Position numbers and translations under genes: made by a program. A model generated the notes under the pieces. That model worked only from the letters and a program-made list of their open reading frames with translations. It searched no databases and was not told where the DNA came from. From NCBI GenBank assembly GCA_048940445.1, contig JBHLON010000006.1, positions 1 through 64,000 on the forward strand: a stretch of 64,000 nucleotides of DNA, written 5' to 3'. Positions 41,792-49,769 of the stretch are shown one piece after another; positions within the stretch are counted from its first letter, which is position 1; every line of letters starts with the position of its first letter. The DNA is from Promethearchaeota archaeon (GTDB lineage: Archaea > Asgardarchaeota > Lokiarchaeia > Sigyniarchaeales > SOKP01).

Positions 41792-42227
41792 AATCTAAAT
41801 CCTGTTTTTTGATTTTTTCTTCAACCTTAATGTCATAAATTTTTGTGGTAGGATATTGCCCATTAGCATCTTTTTCATACTTTTTAACGACATCCCATAT
41901 ATTTAAAAGTGCAATACTAACACCAGTTAAGGCTTCTATCTCTACTCCCGTTTTGGCAATACTCTTAACTTTACATATTACATTAATATTCTCATCTTCG
42001 ATTTGAAAATCTAAGTCAACATTAGTTATAGAAATAGGATGGCAAAAAGGAATTAGTTCAGGAACTTTTTTTGCTGCACTAATAGCAGTAATTTTAGCTA
42101 CAGTTAATACATCTCCTTTTTCAACTTGCTTATTTTTAATCTTTTCAATTGTTTCTTTTTTTAATTTAATCTTGCCAGAAGCTGTGGCAATCCTTAGAAT
42201 TATGTCTTTCTTAGAGATATCAATCAT
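41781..42227 (-). CDS. moaC: Cyclic pyranopterin monophosphate synthase MoaC
   Basis: MIDISKK, KGDVL, LIPFCHP, TGVEIEAL, IWDVVK. Confidence 0.95.
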   Translation of the reverse strand: MIDISKKDIILRIATASGKIKLKKETIEKIKNKQVEKGDVLTVAKITAISAAKKVPELIPFCHPISITNVDLDFQIEDENINVICKVKSIAKTGVEIEALTGVSIALLNIWDVVKKYEKDANGQYPTTKIYDIKVEEKIKKQDLDYER

Positions 42228-42232
42228 TTTAC

Positions 42233-42256
42233 CGATATAACTTGGGATACATAACG
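42233..42256. promoter_or_regulatory. ModE-like operator upstream of moaC
   Basis: CGATAT-N12-ATAACG, 5 nt from the moaC start; same geometry as the box upstream of tupA. Confidence 0.65.
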
Positions 42257-42293
42257 ATTAAATAATTTAAATTGATATTTCTTAAAAATTTAT

Positions 42294-43385
42294 TTATAAT
42301 ATTTTAACGTCGGTTGCTTTAAAATTAATAAATACAACAGAATTAATTTCTAACTCTAAATTTCTTCTCGATAAATCTGTAACTGTAATCAAGAATTTTT
42401 CAGATTTGCATTTAACAATTAAATGACAAATGTTACCAAGTTCACGGATATTTTCAATAATACCTTTGAATGTATTTCTATAACTTGTATTTTCTGTAGG
42501 TTGTTTAACAATACCTATACTTTCTGGTCGAATGCATACCTTTACTTCACCTTCCTGTTGACTAGATGCTGCTATAATTAATTCATTGACTTTAACGAGT
42601 AATAATCCCGAAGACTCATCAAATTTTGCAATCCCATAAAAAATATTTTCATAACCCATAAAAAGAGCTGTAAATTCGTCTTTTGGTGAGGTGAATATCT
42701 CGTTTGGAGTTCCAATTTGAGTTACCTTTCCATTATTTAAGACTGCAATACGGTCTGCATACTTTATGGCTTCAAGTGGATCATGAGTGCTCATTATGGT
42801 AGTTTTTTCCTTATCCTGCTTTATTTTCATTATAAAATTTTCTAATAATTTAAGATTCATGGAATCTAGATTTGCCGAGACTTCATCTAATAAGTAGATT
42901 TCTGGATTAATAATAAAGTTCATCGCAATCGCTACTCGCTGCATTTCTCCACCAGATAAAGATCTTGCATTTTTTTTTTCCATACCTTTCAATCCTATAA
43001 ATTCAATAATTTCATCTACAGATTTTTTATACTCATTAGATTTAATCCCACGTATCTTAAGACCATAAGCAATATTATTAAAAACGGTTGTATTCCGTAC
43101 GACAGGCTTTTGTCTAACAAATGAGAATTTTCTTCGTATTCTGATTTTCTCCTTACGTGAAATATTTGTTAAATCTTTATTATTATAATAGATTTGTCCA
43201 TTTGTCGGTGATTCAAGTAAACCTATTAATCTTAATAAAGTTGTTTTACCACTTCCATTTGGGCCAATAATGACAAAAAATTCTGATTTATTAACTGAGA
43301 AGTTGATATTAGAAAGAACTTTAATTGAAGATTCTTCTTTCTTATGAAACTCTTTACTAAGATTACTAATTTCAAGTAATTTCAT
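42294..43385 (-). CDS. tupC: Tungstate ABC transporter ATPase with TOBE domains
   Basis: GPNGSGKT, LSGGEMQR, LLDE; C-terminal TOBE (FKATDV); operon context. Confidence 0.85.
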   Translation of the reverse strand: MKLLEISNLSKEFHKKEESSIKVLSNINFSVNKSEFFVIIGPNGSGKTTLLRLIGLLESPTNGQIYYNNKDLTNISRKEKIRIRRKFSFVRQKPVVRNTTVFNNIAYGLKIRGIKSNEYKKSVDEIIEFIGLKGMEKKNARSLSGGEMQRVAIAMNFIINPEIYLLDEVSANLDSMNLKLLENFIMKIKQDKEKTTIMSTHDPLEAIKYADRIAVLNNGKVTQIGTPNEIFTSPKDEFTALFMGYENIFYGIAKFDESSGLLLVKVNELIIAASSQQEGEVKVCIRPESIGIVKQPTENTSYRNTFKGIIENIRELGNICHLIVKCKSEKFLITVTDLSRRNLELEINSVVFINFKATDVKIL

Positions 43386-43386
43386 G

Positions 43387-44082
43387 TTAATCAGCCTTGG
43401 ATTGTACACGAGTCATTCCATAATTTACAATAAAAGCTATTAAAATAAGGATAATACCCAAAGCAATTGCCATTCCAAATTCACCCATACGAGTTTGAAG
43501 TACAATGGCAGTTGTAAATGTTCTTGTTTCCCACCGAATATTCCCTCCTACTATTATAACTGCACCTACTTCTGAGATATTTTGACCAAAAGCAACAAGA
43601 ATTCCTGCAATTATGGATCTCTTTGAATGTTTTATCAATTCCCACCATAATTGGCGTTCATTTGCCCCAAGAGAGATTACTGTTTCCTTTAAAGCTGGAT
43701 CGACGGTTTCAATCGCAGCTTTTGTTGTACCCATAACTATTGGAAGTGCTAAAAGAAATTGAACTAAAATCATAGCGGTTGTAGAATATAATAATCCTAA
43801 GGCACCAAAGGGTCCCGTTCGAGAAAGTAGTAAATAAACTACTAGTCCCATGACTACAGGAGGGAATCCCATAAATGTATTAATCAGATTGGCTAAAGTC
43901 TTTTTTCCCTTAAATCTTCTTAAGCCAATAAATGAACCAATTGGTAAGGCAACTAAAGTAGCAAGAAAAGTTGATGTTAAAGATACTCGAAAAGATACAC
44001 CAATAATACCCCAAACTTCGGGATCAAATGTAAATATTAAACGTAACGCATCTAATATTCCCTCAATAATTTCATTTGCCAT
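43387..44082 (-). CDS. tupB: Tungstate ABC transporter permease
   Basis: MGFPPVVMGL, SRTGPFG, SEVGA, VGGNI, TRTFTTAI. Confidence 0.92.
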   Translation of the reverse strand: MANEIIEGILDALRLIFTFDPEVWGIIGVSFRVSLTSTFLATLVALPIGSFIGLRRFKGKKTLANLINTFMGFPPVVMGLVVYLLLSRTGPFGALGLLYSTTAMILVQFLLALPIVMGTTKAAIETVDPALKETVISLGANERQLWWELIKHSKRSIIAGILVAFGQNISEVGAVIIVGGNIRWETRTFTTAIVLQTRMGEFGMAIALGIILILIAFIVNYGMTRVQSKAD

Positions 44083-44141
44083 GATCTAGTTTAAGATTTG
44101 TATTTTTATATTTTTTAAAAAAAAATTTTAAAAATAAAATT

Positions 44142-45179
44142 CTATACTGTTAATCCAGAGAATTCAGCTTGAAAAGGAGTCCAAATAGCTACTTCATCTT
44201 CAGTTGTAAAACAGTTTGTATAATAATCACATGATCCAAAATCAGCATGAAATAAAATAGCGTTATTTTTTTTATATGAATTTATCAGTGCTTGTCCGTA
44301 ATTTGATGTTAAGAACCCTGCAAATCTGCATGCAGATATATATTTTGTATGTGGATGCAATATTGGATTAATAGGAATAACTCCATAAGGGTTAAGTAAT
44401 AAATTCTCACCAGGAACTGATTCTGCTAAAATCTTTAAAGAAGTATATGTATCGTTGAAAGAAAGCCACGTACCTCTATCAACTAAAGTATAGCCTTCAT
44501 GAGCAGGATTATCATCCTCGTAAGTCATTAACAGCGTTTCTGCCATACCTTGTCCTGTTTCTGTATATTTATCAGGTTGTAAAGCCCATCTTGTCGCAGC
44601 AACAACACCAATTAATCCCCATAATTCTTTCTCTTTTGAATGTGTTCCAGAATTATCCCCTCTTGAATAAAAGGTCATATTTCCAGTGTCAATTGCATCT
44701 CTTAATTTTGTCATAACTGTTGTTATGTTATCACCAGGTTGTAAATTGGCAGGATTAGATTCATGTCCAACAATAATAAAGTCGTTAAACATGACACATG
44801 CACGATGAATTCCATATGGAATTCCATCAACACCAAGGCTTGCATTAACAAAATCGTCTTCTCTTGGTCTCGAATGAACGAGAATTACATCAGCGTTCCC
44901 ATCTTTTCCATACTGAATAGCAGTTCCTGTACCAACTGATAACACACTAATCTGAATACCAGTTAGTTCAGTGAACTTTGGAAGTAAATAATCTAATAAA
45001 CCTGAATCATAGGTTGAAGTGGTCGTTGCTAATACTATTTTTTCTGGATTTTGAGCATTTAGGTAGTCTATTGTGAAATAGACTCCTATTGTACCACCCA
45101 CAATGATTAATACTGCTATCAACAAAGCAGTTTTATGCTCACTTAATAATTCTTTGAACGATCTTTTTGGTGATCTCAT
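44142..45179 (-). CDS. tupA: Tungstate-binding protein
   Basis: ATTTSTYDSGLL (TTTS motif), GTG, SRGDNSGTH, NPY; N-terminal TM anchor. Confidence 0.93.
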   Translation of the reverse strand: MRSPKRSFKELLSEHKTALLIAVLIIVGGTIGVYFTIDYLNAQNPEKIVLATTTSTYDSGLLDYLLPKFTELTGIQISVLSVGTGTAIQYGKDGNADVILVHSRPREDDFVNASLGVDGIPYGIHRACVMFNDFIIVGHESNPANLQPGDNITTVMTKLRDAIDTGNMTFYSRGDNSGTHSKEKELWGLIGVVAATRWALQPDKYTETGQGMAETLLMTYEDDNPAHEGYTLVDRGTWLSFNDTYTSLKILAESVPGENLLLNPYGVIPINPILHPHTKYISACRFAGFLTSNYGQALINSYKKNNAILFHADFGSCDYYTNCFTTEDEVAIWTPFQAEFSGLTV

Positions 45180-45236
45180 TTTTTATTTAAAATTTTTTGA
45201 TTAGTTTATTAGTTCTAAATATGCTTAAAATTTAAA

Positions 45237-45260
45237 CGTTATTACCGATGGAACATAACG
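45237..45260. promoter_or_regulatory. ModE-like operator upstream of tupA
   Basis: Perfect inverted hexamers CGTTAT-N12-ATAACG. Confidence 0.7.
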
Positions 45261-45349
45261 CTATTTCTTATCTTTTTAAATGAAATTTAATAAAAGAGAG
45301 TAAGTCTTAATATAATAATTATAAAAATGAATATATTGAAAACCACTAG

Positions 45350-46087
45350 TTATGGCATGGTAATAATATTAGAATTTTCATCTAAATTAATGATACCTGC
45401 AACTGCAAGTTGCTTTATAGTCCTTACTGCCATAATTGGAGGTACATCAAGCAATTTTTTTAGTTCATCAAGACTCACACTACCTTGCGTCATTATGGTT
45501 GCAAGGATATCTACTTCTGGAATTTCCTCCTCTGAATTCTCTATTAAAAACGATGTAAAGAAGTTGTTTCTTCTCAACTGAGACAATTTCTTATTCAAAT
45601 CAGCCATTTTTTCTTGAGTAAAAGTTGTTTGAAGATAATTCTCTTTATTTTGATAATCTATTTTTTCTTGATCTAAAGCAGATTTTTCACCTTCCTTAGA
45701 AGTAATCTTTTGATTTAATGAATCTAATTTTACGTTAAGTTTCTGCAGTTCTAGCTTTGGTACTTTTAGATCATAATCTAGCTTTTCTAAGGAACTATTT
45801 AATTCAGAAATTTTTAGTGTTAATTCCTCTTTTATACTAATTAATTCATTGATCTTTTCACTTAATGATGTGCTTTTAAGATTTAATTCTGTAAGCTCAG
45901 AATTCTGTGAACGAATTACAGTCTCTAAATCTTCAATTTCTTTTTGTTCGACCTTAATTTTATTCCATGTATTACCTAGATCCTGGGTTAAGGCCTCATA
46001 GGTTTTTTGAAAAAACTGTTGATACCCCTCCAATGAGCTCTCAAGCGATTCGATAAATCCAAATATGCTTTTTATATAGGAACTCAT
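45350..46087 (-). CDS. Long coiled-coil protein with C-terminal winged helix
   Basis: About 170 aa of heptads, then GSVSLDELKKLLDVPPIMAVRTIKQLAVAGIINLDE. Confidence 0.65.
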   Translation of the reverse strand: MSSYIKSIFGFIESLESSLEGYQQFFQKTYEALTQDLGNTWNKIKVEQKEIEDLETVIRSQNSELTELNLKSTSLSEKINELISIKEELTLKISELNSSLEKLDYDLKVPKLELQKLNVKLDSLNQKITSKEGEKSALDQEKIDYQNKENYLQTTFTQEKMADLNKKLSQLRRNNFFTSFLIENSEEEIPEVDILATIMTQGSVSLDELKKLLDVPPIMAVRTIKQLAVAGIINLDENSNIITMP

Positions 46088-46839
46088 TAGAAGTCAACCT
46101 CCTGTTTTAATTTTACAGTTCCAGCAACCGAATCATATTCGATTGGACCATTTTCGCTAACCATTTTATTGAGGATCTTAATGGCTTGATCTTCTCGCAT
46201 ATCAATAGCAAGCAAAATGTTTTTTAATTCTAATGCACTTCCAACTTGTAATGCTCTTAAAAATTGGTATAAGGAAGAATTAATATATTTTTTATTAATT
46301 AAAATCTTCATTGCTTGAACACGATATCCAAAATTTTGAACCTGTCTTTCTTTCTTTAGAAATGTATCCTCTAGATTTTTCTCAATCTGTTTTAATTTAC
46401 GTACAAATTGTTCCAATTCTCTTGATAAGTCAATAATAGTATTCTCCAACTCATTCAATCGTTTTGTGCGACTATTAACTTCCTCATTTTTTATTTTGAT
46501 GGCATCTTGAGTTTCTTTCAATTCCTTTTGTTTAAGCTGGATTTTATCCATTATGTCTTGACGATTTTTAGTTAATGAATTATTTGATTCCTCTAATTTA
46601 GAAAATTCTTTTTGATCTTCAGTTAATTTATTCTTATATGAATTAATTTCATCTGTATTATTATTTATTGATTTTAATATTATAGATTTCTCGCTTTCAA
46701 GTTTTTGAATTTCTTCTAATATATTTTTCGGTAAATCTTTTATTTTAGAGATATAATCTTTATTTAGGCTCTCTAAATAATCGATATTTGATAACATATT
46801 TTTTAAAGAAGTTTTAGTATCTAATAGATGGCTACTCAT
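46087..46839 (-). CDS. Long coiled-coil protein with C-terminal winged helix (same architecture as neighbour)
   Basis: Heptads then GSALELKNILLAIDMREDQAIKILNKMVSENGPIEYD; stop/start overlap with the next gene. Confidence 0.65.
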   Translation of the reverse strand: MSSHLLDTKTSLKNMLSNIDYLESLNKDYISKIKDLPKNILEEIQKLESEKSIILKSINNNTDEINSYKNKLTEDQKEFSKLEESNNSLTKNRQDIMDKIQLKQKELKETQDAIKIKNEEVNSRTKRLNELENTIIDLSRELEQFVRKLKQIEKNLEDTFLKKERQVQNFGYRVQAMKILINKKYINSSLYQFLRALQVGSALELKNILLAIDMREDQAIKILNKMVSENGPIEYDSVAGTVKLKQEVDF

Positions 46840-46945
46840 TACTTAAATCTCCATAAAGATAATAGACTTTATAATTACTTTATAGGGTACGTATTATTAA
46901 ATGTGTTTTTTTGGGAGAAGTAGTTTATAAATTTATAAAAATATC

Positions 46946-47782
46946 TTAAAATTCTTTGGGAATTTCTTGGACAAAATAGCTTTTATCTAAAATCAAATTA
47001 ATATTTCTTCTCTTCATAACAAGATTAAGATTTTCAATCAATTTTCCAGCAAAATAAGTATAATCAAATTGAAAATTTGTATTTATTTCATAGTAACTTT
47101 TTAAAAAGAAATTTAATAAATCAATTTTTAATTTAGGATCATCTAATTCAAAGATTCCAGGATTTGTATCAAGTAATGCACAACAAATCCATGCAATGTC
47201 ATCTAAATGATCACCTCGATGTGAATCTTCAAAATCTAATCCATATAAATTGTCTTCTTCATAATCATAAATGAAATCTCGTAATCGAGTGTCTCCTTTA
47301 TTTAAAACGATAATTCCCGAATGATTAGTTTTATCATAAATATTCCCTTTATGTAGTTGGGCTAACCAAAAAGCTAATTTATTCAAACCCTTAAAAATTT
47401 TTTCTTTAGATTCATTATCTAAATCATTTAAACTTACAACGTGTCGTAGCTTATCGTTAATGAAATCACATAAATTTATACCGGGAACTTTTTCAAGGAA
47501 CAAGTAAGGTTCTTTATGAAAAATAATTTTAGGGATCAATAAGTCTTGTTGTGCTAAAGTAATTAGAGTAGTATATTCATTTTTGAAATTATCAGTTTTA
47601 AACAATTTGATAATAAATTCTTTAGGAAAACGTTCAGTTCTGCGGTTAAAAACGATATTTAAAACAGAATTTCTTTTACTGGGTAATTTTTTTAATATAA
47701 AATGATTAAATTTGTCGACTAATTCCGGAACATCTTCTCTTAAATCAATAATGATTCTCTTCCTTAATTCTAAAATTTCCAT
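46946..47782 (-). CDS. Protein-kinase-like phosphotransferase (Bud32/APH-like)
   Basis: IIK, NE, LEKVPG, KGDTRLRDF, GLDFED, DDIA. Confidence 0.65.
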   Translation of the reverse strand: MEILELRKRIIIDLREDVPELVDKFNHFILKKLPSKRNSVLNIVFNRRTERFPKEFIIKLFKTDNFKNEYTTLITLAQQDLLIPKIIFHKEPYLFLEKVPGINLCDFINDKLRHVVSLNDLDNESKEKIFKGLNKLAFWLAQLHKGNIYDKTNHSGIIVLNKGDTRLRDFIYDYEEDNLYGLDFEDSHRGDHLDDIAWICCALLDTNPGIFELDDPKLKIDLLNFFLKSYYEINTNFQFDYTYFAGKLIENLNLVMKRRNINLILDKSYFVQEIPKEF

Positions 47783-48000
47783 TTCTTTTTATCTTTAACT
47801 AATTGCTTATTAAATTCTTTCTGCATAAGTGAAGCATTATGAATATGAAATTTAAATTATATTCTTAAATGAATTTCTAATACTTCTTATTTTTTACTAT
47901 AATTATTGCCTAAGATTTTAAATGAAGATGTTCGGGCTAAAAATTAAAAGAGTTTTAGATTATTAGAATCATAGATAAAAACTAAGGATTAATATATTTC

Positions 48001-48894
48001 ATGATGATCGATAAACATTATTCTCTTGGAATATTCTTTGGGACTGATCCAGATACAGAAATGCTTACTCAAAAGTTTGTTGGTAATCTTATCAATCATG
48101 AGGATTTTTGTAAAGCCTGTGAAGTCCTGGAACAAAATGTAAAATGTGATAAATGCCGAGAATATGTAAAGAGTTATGCTAGCTCGATCTATTTCTATGA
48201 AAAAATTGGTGAAAATGTTCCTGAACTCATTGAAGAACCAGAGGATTACCTTCCAAAAAGTTTACCTCCTGTTGATTTTTTAATGGTTGTGGGAATACAT
48301 CAAGATCTACTCTCTGGTCTTCCTTCTTATTTGAAAAACTCAGGAATAAAAGCAGTAATTATTCCGATAGAAGATCCAAAATGGGTACCACCTGGATTAC
48401 AAGTTCAAGTGTTAGAAGAGTTTGAGAAATATGGAATCCAGGCAGCCTTTCCTAAACCATTTTGCTCCCTAAATAAAGAGCCAAATGAATATAATAAAGT
48501 TGGCTTTCATTTAACCAAAAATCATAATTTTATTAATGAATTCATAGATTATTTTAAAATTGGTAAACCGGTCGTCTCACTTCTATTAAGTAGGGATGGA
48601 AATTCGATCGAGGATACATGTGTTATTCAGAGCGCTCCCTGTGGCAGTACTTATTATATATGTCAACAATTAAAGTCAAAATATTTTAAAGATGGAGAAA
48701 GTGGAGAAATTTCTTTGAACGAACGAATAAGTAAAGCTCACCATGCCTATCCATGTAATGCCTCAATGGATCAAGATTCTATACTTAAAGATTCTATTTT
48801 ACATGTAGCGGGATATTTAGTGAGAAATGCAATCAGGTGTGAGTTAAATCTTGAAGAACAAGAAGGTCAAAAACTTGTATATGTAATAAAGTAA
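48001..48894 (+). CDS. DUF166 family protein
   Basis: HQDL, PKPFCSL, SAPCGST, HHAYPCNASM, LHVAG. Confidence 0.8.
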   Translation: MMIDKHYSLGIFFGTDPDTEMLTQKFVGNLINHEDFCKACEVLEQNVKCDKCREYVKSYASSIYFYEKIGENVPELIEEPEDYLPKSLPPVDFLMVVGIHQDLLSGLPSYLKNSGIKAVIIPIEDPKWVPPGLQVQVLEEFEKYGIQAAFPKPFCSLNKEPNEYNKVGFHLTKNHNFINEFIDYFKIGKPVVSLLLSRDGNSIEDTCVIQSAPCGSTYYICQQLKSKYFKDGESGEISLNERISKAHHAYPCNASMDQDSILKDSILHVAGYLVRNAIRCELNLEEQEGQKLVYVIK

Positions 48895-48948
48895 TATGTG
48901 AAATTTTTTCATGATTTTGAGTAAATTATAAAAAGGAAAAAAAAGATT

Positions 48949-49028
48949 ATATAGAATGGAGGAATATTAGTTTAGGTGTGGTTTATCGAGAAGCCAATTA
49001 TCTAGACGATATCCTCCTTATTCTATAT
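48949..49028 (+). other. 80-nt imperfect intergenic hairpin; candidate structured RNA
   Basis: ATATAGAAT/ATTCTATAT, GGAGG/CCTCC, ATATT/GATAT, GTTTAGG/TCTAGAC, TGGTTT/AAGCCA with several G-U pairs. Confidence 0.5.
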
Positions 49029-49143
49029 TTTTATTTAGAGATTTCAACCTTCAACTAATAATATTCTCCATAACTATTACATTCAACCAATTTCAAAAAT
49101 TTCTATTGTCTCAACAGGCCACAGATCACCGAAATCTGGTAGC

Positions 49144-49576
49144 GCACTCATACATTTATCTGACACATATTTAATACTATTCGGTGAAACAGATGATTTA
49201 AAAAATATTAGATGAAATTAACCCTTACATTACTCAATTAAAATGTATTGCAAAAACTCAAAAATCATTCTGGTTACTCGTTGAAACATCCATCTTGCAA
49301 GCTAAATTGAATCTAATAACTTTTGAGTTCCGAAATACTCAAAAGTTGCTTTATAAAGCTTTAGATGTTGCCAAAAGATTCAGTCTGGATCGATTAGCAA
49401 ATCGGATATTATATGAACAAAATGAACTATCTAAAAATTTTATTAAATGGGAAAAACTAAAAGCTTCTGGAACAAATATGTCAGAATGTATGGATTTAGC
49501 TCTTATAGAAGAACAAATTGAAATTTTGCTCCAAAAACGTAAATATTTAAGAAGTTTAATCAGTCAATCAAAATGA
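49144..49576 (+). pseudogene. Frameshifted C-terminal remnant of a TPR-like helical repeat protein
   Basis: ALIHLSDTYLILFGETDDLK then frame change in the A-run at about 49200 to ILDEINPYITQL...FWLLVETSILQAKL; no plausible 5' part. Confidence 0.6.
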
Positions 49577-49769
49577 CAAGAGTATTTTAGAATGTTCGAA
49601 ATATTTGGATTTTTTTAGAAAAGATACGTTTTTACTAATAATGTTTATTAAAAATAATAGGATTTCTATAAAATTTTTAAGAAACTACATTTAGCAGTTT
49701 TTTCTTTTATAGTCCATAAATGTTAAGTTCTAATTAAACTACTTACATACATTATATAGGTGAGAAATT

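Noticed and set aside
49197-49205. T_TTA_AAA in the TPR remnant as a -1 frameshift site
   Set aside because: The -1 frame hits TAG at once; the coding continuation is +1, consistent with a homopolymer insertion in a pseudogene
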